From positions 352,001-416,000 of the forward strand of contig JBCCHT010000003.1 of assembly GCA_039028615.1 (NCBI GenBank): a stretch of DNA of 64,000 nucleotides, in the 5' to 3' direction. The position numbers and the translations under genes are program-made. The notes beneath the pieces were generated by a model. It searched no databases, was not told the DNA's origin, and was given only the letters and a program-made list of their open reading frames with translations. Shown here piece by piece: positions 20,775-29,528 of the stretch. Every line of letters starts with the position of its first letter. Positions within the stretch are counted from its first letter, which is position 1. This DNA comes from Myxococcota bacterium (GTDB lineage Bacteria; Myxococcota_A; Polyangia; Nannocystales; Nannocystaceae).

Positions 20775-21925
20775 ACGCCATGCTCGCGGCGATGCTGCCC
20801 GACGCGGCGGCGGAGGTCGACGCCTTCGACGAGGTGATCTTCGCGAACTCCGACCTGTGGCCGGTGCTGCTCGCCGTTCCCGTGGCGGGGCTGCTCTTCG
20901 CCTGGGCGGCGCGACGCCGTCGTCAGGCCATGGAGTCGCTGGGTAACCCCAAGCTCGTCGCGCGGTTGGTGGGCAGCGTCCATCACGGACGCCGGGTGCT
21001 CAGCGCGGTGGCCATGACCTTGTGCGTGGGCGCGGTGGGGCTCGGTCTGCTTCGCCTTCAGTACGGCGGCACGGCCGAGGTCATCCCCGCCAGCGGCCTC
21101 GATGTGGTGCTCGCGGTCGACTACAGCAAGTCGATGCTGGCCCAGGACGTCTACCCGTCGCGGAGCGAGCGGCTCGAGGCCGAGCTGGGGCGCTTCATCG
21201 AAGACGCGGGCGAGCGCGGCGACCGGGTGGGCGTGGTGGTGTTTGCCGGAGCGGCGCGAGGCTTCCCCGTGACGCCCGACATGCGCATGCTGAAGCTCTA
21301 CCTCGAGAAGGCCGATCCTCGCTTCGAGCGGCCGGGCGGCACCTCCATCGGCCGTGCGCTCAGCCGCTCGCTGTCGTTTCTGGTCGACGCCCGCCGTGGT
21401 GTCGACGACGGGCCGCTGCAGGCCAAGGACAGCGACAAGGAACCGGTCGATCTGTCCGCGGCGCCGCCGGCCGAGAACGGGCAGGCCATCGTCTTGCTGA
21501 CCGACGGCGAGGACAACTCCAGCCGGCCCCTCGAGGTCGCCGAAGAGGCGGCCAAGCTCGGCGTTCGCATCTTCACGGTGGGCATCGGCTCCACCTCGGG
21601 CGAGCCCATCCAGACCTTCGACGAGCAGGGCAACCCCACCGGCTTCGTCAAGGACAAGGCCACGGGCGAGTACCGCATGACCCGCCTCGACGAGGGCACG
21701 CTCGAGGAGATCTCGAAGATTACCGGAGGCCGCTACGTCAAGGTCGAGGCCGATCGCTTCAGCCTCGACGAGGTCCGCGACGTGCTCGAGGAGCTCAGCC
21801 GAACCCAGCGCGAGGACACCATCGAGATCCACCGCGACGAGGGCTTCGCCATCCCGGTCCTGGCCGCGCTGGCGCTGCTGTGCCTTTCGCTGGGCCTGGG
21901 TGATCGACGGAAGGTGAAGGCATGA
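20771..21925 (+). CDS. batB: vWA domain protein, BatB-like
   Basis: Motifs DYSKSMLAQDVYPSR, LLTDGED and IFTVGIG. ATGA overlap at 20771. Confidence 0.85.
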   Translation: MNAMLAAMLPDAAAEVDAFDEVIFANSDLWPVLLAVPVAGLLFAWAARRRRQAMESLGNPKLVARLVGSVHHGRRVLSAVAMTLCVGAVGLGLLRLQYGGTAEVIPASGLDVVLAVDYSKSMLAQDVYPSRSERLEAELGRFIEDAGERGDRVGVVVFAGAARGFPVTPDMRMLKLYLEKADPRFERPGGTSIGRALSRSLSFLVDARRGVDDGPLQAKDSDKEPVDLSAAPPAENGQAIVLLTDGEDNSSRPLEVAEEAAKLGVRIFTVGIGSTSGEPIQTFDEQGNPTGFVKDKATGEYRMTRLDEGTLEEISKITGGRYVKVEADRFSLDEVRDVLEELSRTQREDTIEIHRDEGFAIPVLAALALLCLSLGLGDRRKVKA

Positions 21926-22812
21926 CCGGCGTCGGACGAGTACTGCTCGGGCTGGTGGTGGCGGGGTGGCTCGCCGATCAGCTCGCCCGCCCCGATCGCG
22001 ACGTCGAAGCGGGCATCGAGGCCTACGAGGCCGACGAGCTGGACACCGCGCTCGAGCACTTCGAGGCCGCCATCGCGCGGCACGGCGATCAGCCCGAGCT
22101 CAGCTACGACCGCGGCCTGGTGCGCCTGGCTCAGGGGGAGCCCGACGAGGCGCGACGGGCCTTCGAGCGCGCCAGCGAGACCGAAGACCTCGAGGTTCGG
22201 GCCAGCGCGTTCTACGAGCGCGGCAACGTGGCCTTCGACATCGAGGACTGGGACGGTGCGATCGAGGCCTACATCGAGTGCCTCAAGGCCCGCCCCGATC
22301 ACTCCAACGCCAAGTGGAACCTCGAGCTCGCCCTCCAGCGCAAGCAGGAGCAGGAGGACGAGCAAGAAAACGAGGACGAGGACGACAACGAGGACGACGA
22401 GAACGAGGACGACGGCGGCACCGGAGGCGACGAGACCGGGGGCGATGAAACCGGCGGTGACGAGACCGGCGGAGAGGACTCGGGCGGCGAGACCGGAGGC
22501 AGTGATTCCGGCGGAGAGGACACCGGAGGCGGCGATACGGGCGGTGAGGACAGCGGCGGCGAAGAGTCCGGCGGCGACGAGGGTGACAGCGGCGGCGAGT
22601 CGGGCGAGGATCAACCCCCCGAGGACGACGGCGGCACCGGAGAGCCCCCGCCCGAGCAGGACGGCGGCACCGGAGGCGAGCCTCCACCCCCTCCACCCCA
22701 GCCCGCCGACGAAATGGACCTCCAGCGCGCGCTCGATGAGCTCGATGAGCAAGACCAGTTCCCCCTCGGGCGCATCAACGGAGGCCAACGACCTCCGCGC
22801 GAGGACTGGTAA
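21922..22812 (+). CDS. batC: TPR protein, BatC-like, with acidic Gly-rich linker
   Basis: TPRs, AKWNLELAL and C-terminal EDW. Confidence 0.8.
   Translation: MTGVGRVLLGLVVAGWLADQLARPDRDVEAGIEAYEADELDTALEHFEAAIARHGDQPELSYDRGLVRLAQGEPDEARRAFERASETEDLEVRASAFYERGNVAFDIEDWDGAIEAYIECLKARPDHSNAKWNLELALQRKQEQEDEQENEDEDDNEDDENEDDGGTGGDETGGDETGGDETGGEDSGGETGGSDSGGEDTGGGDTGGEDSGGEESGGDEGDSGGESGEDQPPEDDGGTGEPPPEQDGGTGGEPPPPPPQPADEMDLQRALDELDEQDQFPLGRINGGQRPPREDW
22411..22610 (+). repeat. Low-complexity ~15-bp repeat encoding (GG-D/E-E/D-T/S)n
   Basis: GGDETGGDETGGDETGGEDSGGETGGSDSGGEDTGGGDTGGEDSGGEES within batC. Confidence 0.8.
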
Positions 22813-22825
22813 CCCGGCGTCTTCC

Positions 22826-24598
22826 ATGGCTCGCTCGATCTCACGACGACGCTTTACTCGGGGCCTGGGCCGGGCGCTGGCCGTGGGCGTGGCCTCGTCT
22901 GCGTTCATCCTCGCGGGTGATGCCGAGGCGGCCATCGAGGTCGCGGCCGAGTCCCGGGTCAGCATGGACATGGCGCGGGTGGGCGACCCCGTGCGGCTGA
23001 CCATGGTTTTCAAGGTCCGAGGGGGCCCCGTGCCCGCCAACATCCCCTGGCCCGAAGCGCTGGCCGACAACTTCACGGTCAGCAACGTCTCGCGTCAAAA
23101 CCGGACCTCGCGGAGCATCTTCGGGGGCCCGAAGGCGGCGGTGCACAGCCTCGAGGTCAAGGCCACCATCACCCCGCTGCGCACGGGCACCTTCGAGCTG
23201 CCCTTCGCGATCGAGATCGAGGGGCAGCGGGTCGACTCCAACGTCCCCGTGCTCGAAATCATCGGCGCCGACGAGGTCCTGCCCGGGCCTCCCCCCGGCA
23301 GCGTGCCCACCGAGCGTCGCGGGCCCGTGTTCCCGTGGGCCCTGGTCGACAAGGACGAGGTCTACGTCGGCGAGCAGATCACCTACGACCTGCAGGTCTA
23401 CGAGGAGCGCTCCTTCCTCGGCATTCACCTGCGCAAGCCGCCGAGCTTCACCGACTTTTTCACCGAGGAACTCGACGGTCGCGAGTCCGAGACCCGGCGG
23501 GTCGACGATGTCGAGTACGACGTGCGCTCGGCCATGCGTCGCGCCTTGTTCCCCCAGCGGGCGGGCACCTTGGAGATCGGCGCGGCCGAGCTGAGCATCG
23601 CGGGGCGGCAGCGTCTGCTGTCTCCCGTGCTGCAAGTGGAGGTCAAGCCGCTGCCCGCCGAGGGGCGCCCCGCTGGTTTCTCCGCCAACAACGTCGGGCA
23701 CTATGCGATCGAGGCGGCGGTCGACAAGAGCAAGCTGGCCGCGAACGAGCCGGCCACCTTGAAGGTCACCATCGAGGGCGAGGGCAACATCAAGCTCGTC
23801 GACCCCGGTACCTGGCCGGAGCTCGAGGGCTTCCGCCGCTACGAGCCCAAGGTCTCCACCCGCGTTCGCAAGGGCGCTCGTCTGGGCGGCGCGCGGAGCT
23901 ACGAGTTCCTGCTCATCCCCGAGCACGGCGGCGAGCTGACGATCCCGTCGCACGAGTTCGCGTACTTCGACCCCAAGGAAGGCCGCTACGAGGTCGCCAA
24001 GACGGAGCCCATCGTCCTGACGGTGGCGGGCGGCGAAGCGCCCGAGCCCGAGCCCGAGCCCGAGGCGGAGCCGGGCGCCGAGGAAATCGCGGACATGCTC
24101 TTGTCGGACGAGCTGCCTCGCCACACCCCGCGCGAGCGCTGGCTGACGCCGACGCGCTGGGCCTACGGCATGGCGGCGGTCCCCATCGTCGCCGCGGCGG
24201 GCCTGGGCGGGGCGGCGCTGTGGCGGCGCTTTGGTCCCGACGAGCAGATGCAGGCCCGAGCGCGACGTCGACAGCGACACCGCGAGCTGATCGACGCCGC
24301 CGAGTCGGCCGTGGGCGGCGGTGAAGGCTTCCACGCCGCGCTCGCCAAGCTGCTGCACGAGCTCGCCGTCGATCGAGCCGGAAACGCGGGCGTGGGCCTG
24401 CCGCGGCCCGAGCTGCTTCGCTTGCTGAACCAACAGGGGGTACCGGCCGAAGACGTCGAGCGGGTCCGCGACTTGCTCGACCGCTGCGACGCCGCTCGCT
24501 TCGGAGCCCAGGGCGACTCTCGCGAGGATCGACAGGCGCTCTTCGACGAGGTCCTCGACCTGATGCGAACCAGCCGCATCGCCAAGGAGGGCTCGTGA
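22826..24598 (+). CDS. batD: BatD-family protein with twin-arginine-like signal peptide
   Basis: SRRRF signal; motifs VYVGEQI, ALFPQRAG, VKPLP and F.YFDP. Confidence 0.85.
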   Translation: MARSISRRRFTRGLGRALAVGVASSAFILAGDAEAAIEVAAESRVSMDMARVGDPVRLTMVFKVRGGPVPANIPWPEALADNFTVSNVSRQNRTSRSIFGGPKAAVHSLEVKATITPLRTGTFELPFAIEIEGQRVDSNVPVLEIIGADEVLPGPPPGSVPTERRGPVFPWALVDKDEVYVGEQITYDLQVYEERSFLGIHLRKPPSFTDFFTEELDGRESETRRVDDVEYDVRSAMRRALFPQRAGTLEIGAAELSIAGRQRLLSPVLQVEVKPLPAEGRPAGFSANNVGHYAIEAAVDKSKLAANEPATLKVTIEGEGNIKLVDPGTWPELEGFRRYEPKVSTRVRKGARLGGARSYEFLLIPEHGGELTIPSHEFAYFDPKEGRYEVAKTEPIVLTVAGGEAPEPEPEPEAEPGAEEIADMLLSDELPRHTPRERWLTPTRWAYGMAAVPIVAAAGLGGAALWRRFGPDEQMQARARRRQRHRELIDAAESAVGGGEGFHAALAKLLHELAVDRAGNAGVGLPRPELLRLLNQQGVPAEDVERVRDLLDRCDAARFGAQGDSREDRQALFDEVLDLMRTSRIAKEGS

Positions 24599-25458
24599 GG
24601 GCATCGCTTCGGCGCGTGAGCACGATGCTCGTGCTGCTGGTCGCGTTGCTCGGCGGAGCACAGACCGCGCATGCCGATGCGGTCGACGAGGCCTTCGTGC
24701 GCGGCAACCAGGCCGCCGAGGCGCAAGACTGGGACGCCGCGATCGAAGCGTACGAAGAAGCGGTCGCGCTGCTGCCCGAGCGCAGCGCGGTGCTCTCGTA
24801 CGACCTCGGCACGGCCTACCTGCACCGCGGTGATCTCGGTCGCGCCACCTATCACCTGCTCCGCGCGCTCGACTGGCGGGGTGGTCCCACGACCGAGCTG
24901 GTCGAGTCGGCGCGCTTCAACCTGGCGGTGGCACGGCGGCGAGCCGAGCTGGCGGCGACCCAGGAGGGAGCCAAGCTCGACCGGGCCGGCACCTGGGATC
25001 TCATCGTCGAAGCGCTCGTGGCGCCCGGGGTGGGATGGTCGGCGCTGGTAGCGGGTTGGCTGGGCCTTGGGATCGTTTGGGTCGGTCGTCGTCGTCGGCG
25101 CCAAGGCCTTCCGTCGAGCACGGTTCTCGGGGCCGGTTTGATCGTTTTGATGAGTGTGTTCGTCGTGTTGGGTGGCCTGCACGGCCTGGCCCTTCGCGCA
25201 GATCGCACTTCACCCGAGGCGGTGGTGCTCGAAGATCTCGTCGAGGCTCGCGACGGTGCGGGCAACCATCGGCCGGTCTCGTTCCGAGTGCAGGGCGGTG
25301 CACGGGTCCGAGTGCTGGGTCGTAGCCCCGGATGGCGACAGGTTCGATTGCCCGGCGGCTTGGAAGGCTGGGTTCCCGAGGACGCGATCGGTGAGCTTCG
25401 CGATCGAGGAACGCGACGGGCCGGGGCTCCGTCTCCGCGCGAGACGGACGAACCCTGA
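24595..25458 (+). CDS. batE: TPR + SH3b protein, BatE-like
   Basis: TPR, two TM segments and SH3-like GWRQVRLPGGLEGWVP. Confidence 0.8.
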   Translation: MRASLRRVSTMLVLLVALLGGAQTAHADAVDEAFVRGNQAAEAQDWDAAIEAYEEAVALLPERSAVLSYDLGTAYLHRGDLGRATYHLLRALDWRGGPTTELVESARFNLAVARRRAELAATQEGAKLDRAGTWDLIVEALVAPGVGWSALVAGWLGLGIVWVGRRRRRQGLPSSTVLGAGLIVLMSVFVVLGGLHGLALRADRTSPEAVVLEDLVEARDGAGNHRPVSFRVQGGARVRVLGRSPGWRQVRLPGGLEGWVPEDAIGELRDRGTRRAGAPSPRETDEP

Positions 25459-25708
25459 CCGCCTCGTTCGACTCGAGCCCGACCACGGTTGAAACGACCG
25501 TGACGGCAACATCGGTGTGTTCGGTACCGGTGCAATCATTGCCAATCGTGGGCCGTCCATTGCACTGGTTCACTTGTCACCTGACAGCGCACCTTCTCGC
25601 ACGTTGGTGCTCAGTACCGTACCTGGTCCGGGAACGGCTCTAGACCGCGGCGCAGCCCGGATTCTCGTGTGGCGTTTGACCGCTCACCGGGATAAGCTTC
25701 CCGCTAGG

Positions 25709-25990
25709 GTGTTGTCGGTCGTTGCCACGAAGATTCGAACGTCCCACGGTGTGGGGTGTTTGTCTTCGACGTTGGGCCGAATCTACGAGGGTTATTTGCT
25801 TTCGACGCCCGTGGTCGGTCGAGGCATGGTGATCTTCAGAGACCCGAATGGTCGACGCATGGTCACCACCGCCGTACGACGCGTGCTGACGCCCGGCGAG
25901 ACCAACGTGCTCTACGTAGAGACCGAAAACAGCGTTTATCGGATCGCCATCCGCGACGACCGACCGACGGCGGTCACGGCGACCGGCTGA
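25709..25990 (+). CDS. Small hypothetical protein (start uncertain)
   Basis: The 3' part has coding bias (VTTAVRRV...VETENSVYRI); the 5' part is AT-richer. Confidence 0.5.
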   Translation: MLSVVATKIRTSHGVGCLSSTLGRIYEGYLLSTPVVGRGMVIFRDPNGRRMVTTAVRRVLTPGETNVLYVETENSVYRIAIRDDRPTAVTATG

Positions 25991-26006
25991 GCCTCGCTCG
26001 TCGTCG

Positions 26007-27170
26007 CTACGCGCGTCGCTGATAGATGGCCACGCGCAGGTATTCGCCTTCGACGTGGCCGGGCGCGATGGGGTGATCGACGTCGGCGCCTCGCGTGGCG
26101 ACGCGAGTCCAGTGCCCGGGCAGAGCCAGCGCGCCGCGATCGAGGTGGTCGAAGCCCAGGTGGTGGCTGCAGCTGCACACCACCAAGTGTCCGCCCACCA
26201 TCAGCTTCGAACCGGCTTGGCCCACGAGGCGCTGCATCGCCGCGCTCGCGCGCGGCAAGTCTTTGCGACGCCCGGCGATCTTGGGCGGGTCGACCACGAT
26301 CGTGCCGAAGGGTCCGGCCATCGCGGGGTCGCGCAGCGCTTCGAACATGTCGGCCTTCACCCACTGGAGACCCTCGAGGCCGTTGAGCTCGGCGTGCCGC
26401 GCCGCGTGCTCGAGCATGGTCGCGCTCTGATCCACGCCCACCGCCTGCACTCCGGCCGCGGCCGCGTGCAGGGCAAAACCACCGACGTGACAGCCGAGGT
26501 CGAGCAAGGGGCCGGGCGTGTGTCGGGCCAGCTCGGCCACGAAGCGACGGTTGGCCCGCTGGTCGAAGTACGCCCCCGTCTTCTGGCTCGGGGGCGCGGG
26601 CACGACGAACTTCAGCCCGTGCTCCACGAAGCGCAGCTGCGGGTCGTCGCCCTCGCGCTCGACCCGAGGCTCGAAGCCCTCCGATTTCGCGGCCGAGGCG
26701 GGGCAGATCTGGTGGATGGGCCCGTCGTGATGCTTGCGGAGCGCAGCCACGATTGCCTCACGCCGGGCCACCATCGGCGCGGTGGTGAGTTGAGCGACGA
26801 GAGTCGTGTCATAGCGATCGACCACCAGTCCCGGGAGCCCGTCGCCTTCGCTGTTGACCAGTCGTAGCCCGGTGGTGGGCTGGCCCTCGAACCCTTGCGT
26901 CGAGCGGGCCGCGAGGGCCGACCCCAAGCGGGTCGCCAGCCAGTCCTCGGGGGGCGGAGTGGGCCCCCAGGTGAGCATACGGACCGGAATTGCCGAGGTC
27001 TCCGAGGCCAGGCCCCAGCCGAGCGGCTCGCCGCGGCGGTCGAGGAGCTCGAGGGTCGATCCCGCGTCTGGAATCCCGATGAAACGGGCGATCTGGCGGG
27101 CGCGGATCCACGGACCCTGCTCAGGCCCTACTTTGCCGGCATCGCGACGGAGCTGGGCTTGGGCGGGCAT
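26007..27170 (-). CDS. RlmI-like class I SAM-dependent rRNA methyltransferase
   Basis: Motifs RLVNSEGDGLPGLVVDRY, QKTGAYFDQR, LDLGCHVGGF, VVDPPK and EYL. Confidence 0.88.
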   Translation of the reverse strand: MPAQAQLRRDAGKVGPEQGPWIRARQIARFIGIPDAGSTLELLDRRGEPLGWGLASETSAIPVRMLTWGPTPPPEDWLATRLGSALAARSTQGFEGQPTTGLRLVNSEGDGLPGLVVDRYDTTLVAQLTTAPMVARREAIVAALRKHHDGPIHQICPASAAKSEGFEPRVEREGDDPQLRFVEHGLKFVVPAPPSQKTGAYFDQRANRRFVAELARHTPGPLLDLGCHVGGFALHAAAAGVQAVGVDQSATMLEHAARHAELNGLEGLQWVKADMFEALRDPAMAGPFGTIVVDPPKIAGRRKDLPRASAAMQRLVGQAGSKLMVGGHLVVCSCSHHLGFDHLDRGALALPGHWTRVATRGADVDHPIAPGHVEGEYLRVAIYQRRA

Positions 27171-27240
27171 CGGCGGAGGATAGCAGCCCTCCGATGAGAG
27201 GTTATCCTGTGGCGGTCGCCCGCTCGGCTCCGCTCCCCTC

Positions 27241-28473
27241 ATGAATGCCAACGAGACTACCCAGCACTTTTTGCAGCAGGCCTTCGACGTTCTCGACATC
27301 GACGAAGAAATGCGGGGGATCCTCATCACCCCGAGCCGCGAGCTGCGGGTCGAGCTGACCCTGCGCCGCGACGACGGCACGATGAAGAACTTCATCGGCT
27401 ATCGGGTGCAACATGACGACGCGCGCGGGCCCTTCAAGGGTGGTCTGCGCTACCACCCCAACGTCGACATCGAGGAGATCCGCTCGCTGGCGAGCCTAAT
27501 GACCTGGAAGACCGCGGTGGTCGGCCTGCCCTTCGGGGGAGCCAAGGGCGGCATCCACGTCGACCCCGAGCAACTCAGCACCCAAGAGCTGGAGCGGCTC
27601 ACGCGGATCTACGTCCGGCAGGTGCACGAGCTGGTGGGCCCCGACCGGGACATCCCCGCGCCCGACGTGAACACCAACGAGCAGGTCATGGCCTGGTTCT
27701 TCGACGAGTACAGCCGGCTGCGCGGGTTCTCGCCGGGGGTGGTCACTGGCAAGCCGCTCGGGCTGCACGGTTCGGCGGGTCGCGCCTCGGCGACCGGGCG
27801 CGGCTGCATGTTCGCCGTGCGCGAGACGCTGCGCGAGGCCGGGCTCGAGCTCAAGGGTCAGCGCTTCGTGGTGCAGGGCTTCGGCAAGGTCGGCTCGTGG
27901 GGCGCTCGCCTGCTGCACGCGCGCGGGGCCAAGATCCTCGCCGTCAGCGACGTCAACGGGGGCATCTTCTCCGCCGAGGGGCTCAACATCCCCGCCGTGC
28001 TCGAGTTCCTCGACTCGCACGGCACCGTGGTCGGCTTCCCGGGGGCCCAGGCGATTTCCAACGCCGACCTGCTCGTCACCGAGTGCGACGTGCTCATGCC
28101 CGCGGCCATCGGCGGGGTCATCACCGCCGACAACGCCCCGCACATCAAGGCCAAGTACGTGCTCGAGGCGGCCAACGGCCCCTGCACGGCCGAAGCCGAC
28201 GCCATCCTCAACGAGCGCGGCATCACCATCATCCCCGACATCTACGCCAACGCGGGCGGCGTGACCGTCAGCTACTTCGAGTGGGTCCAGAACCTCCAGA
28301 ACTTCCACTGGGACGAGGTTCGGGTGAACGACGAGCTCGACAAGGTCATGAGCACCGCGCACGGCAAGATCCGCGACATCATGCGCGCCCACGACATCCC
28401 GATGCGTACGGCCGCCTTCGTGCTGGCGATCCGCTCGGTGAAGAAGGCCACCGTCGTCCGCGGCATCGGCTGA
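27241..28473 (+). CDS. gdhA: Glu/Leu/Phe/Val dehydrogenase (glutamate dehydrogenase)
   Basis: Motifs RGPFKGGLRYHP, MTWK, GGAKGG, DIPAPDVNT and NAGGVTVSYFEWVQN. Confidence 0.93.
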   Translation: MNANETTQHFLQQAFDVLDIDEEMRGILITPSRELRVELTLRRDDGTMKNFIGYRVQHDDARGPFKGGLRYHPNVDIEEIRSLASLMTWKTAVVGLPFGGAKGGIHVDPEQLSTQELERLTRIYVRQVHELVGPDRDIPAPDVNTNEQVMAWFFDEYSRLRGFSPGVVTGKPLGLHGSAGRASATGRGCMFAVRETLREAGLELKGQRFVVQGFGKVGSWGARLLHARGAKILAVSDVNGGIFSAEGLNIPAVLEFLDSHGTVVGFPGAQAISNADLLVTECDVLMPAAIGGVITADNAPHIKAKYVLEAANGPCTAEADAILNERGITIIPDIYANAGGVTVSYFEWVQNLQNFHWDEVRVNDELDKVMSTAHGKIRDIMRAHDIPMRTAAFVLAIRSVKKATVVRGIG

Positions 28474-28481
28474 CATGAAGA

Positions 28482-28504
28482 ACGCCCGGCGCAGGGCCGG
28501 GCGT
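28482..28504. terminator. Hairpin between the convergent gdhA and SDR genes
   Basis: Perfect 9-bp stem ACGCCCGGC-GCAGG-GCCGGGCGT; weak U tract on the minus strand. Confidence 0.6.
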
Positions 28505-28546
28505 CGAGATGCCCGGTGCCGGCCGGGCAGGAAGTGAAGTCTCGGG

Positions 28547-29410
28547 TCAGCCGAGGCCGAAGGCCTGGCGGAGGCCGGCCTGGACCTGTGCGCTCACGCC
28601 GTTGATGGCGTCGACGCCTTCCTTCATATCGGCGCCGACCGGGACCCGCAGCGGCGGCGTGGCGTTGTCGACGGTGGCCACGATGGCATCGACGACCTCG
28701 CTCGGGTCACCCATGGCGCCGGACTGGACCATCTGCGCGAAGTGGGCGTTGAAGCCCTCGAACATCTGCTTGACCGGGCCGTAGTCGTCGAGCAGGCCCG
28801 CGTTGTCGGCCTGCATGGCGTTCTGGGCGAAGCCGGTGCCGTAGGCCCCGGGCTGGATCACGGTGACCGCGATGCCCAGCGGCTTGAGCTCCATGTCGGC
28901 CGCCTCGGCGAGGGCCTCGAGCGCGTACTTGCTGGCGCCGTAGGGGCCGAGGAAGGGCATGGTCACGCGGCCCAGGGCGCTGCTGACATAGATGATGTGT
29001 CCCTTACCCGCCTTACGCATGGAGGGCAGCACCGCTTGGTTGACGCGCAGCGGACCGAACACGTTGACGTCGAAGATGGCCTGGACCTGTGCGGTGGAGA
29101 ACGACTCCTGCACGCCGAAGGTGCCGACACCCGCATTGTTGATGACGGTGTCGAGCGGCCCCTCCTGGGTCGCTTTGCCGACCGCGGCGGTGATCGAGTC
29201 CTGGTTGGTGACGTCGAGCTCGAGCACGTGCAGCGCGTGGCCACCGGTCTCCGCCCAGGCTCGCAGCCCCTCTGCCGCCGAGCGGTTCTTGCCCTCGATG
29301 CCTCGCATGGTGGCGAACACCGTGTGACCGCCCTCGGCCAGCGCCTTCGCGGTGTCGTGCCCAAAGCCCTGGCTGGCGCCCGTGATCAGGATTCGCTTCG
29401 TGTCGCTCAT
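28547..29410 (-). CDS. SDR family oxidoreductase
   Basis: Motifs TGASQGFG, INNAG, YGASK and IQPG. Confidence 0.9.
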   Translation of the reverse strand: MSDTKRILITGASQGFGHDTAKALAEGGHTVFATMRGIEGKNRSAAEGLRAWAETGGHALHVLELDVTNQDSITAAVGKATQEGPLDTVINNAGVGTFGVQESFSTAQVQAIFDVNVFGPLRVNQAVLPSMRKAGKGHIIYVSSALGRVTMPFLGPYGASKYALEALAEAADMELKPLGIAVTVIQPGAYGTGFAQNAMQADNAGLLDDYGPVKQMFEGFNAHFAQMVQSGAMGDPSEVVDAIVATVDNATPPLRVPVGADMKEGVDAINGVSAQVQAGLRQAFGLG

Positions 29411-29528
29411 TTGGTCGTCCTCGCTCGTCGCCCCTTCGTACGCCACGGCTGGAGCGGCCGTTACCCGCGGTGCGCAGAAGATTCACGGCGTGTGACGTGG
29501 CCCGCCCGATCGGGCGGGGGGTGGCCGG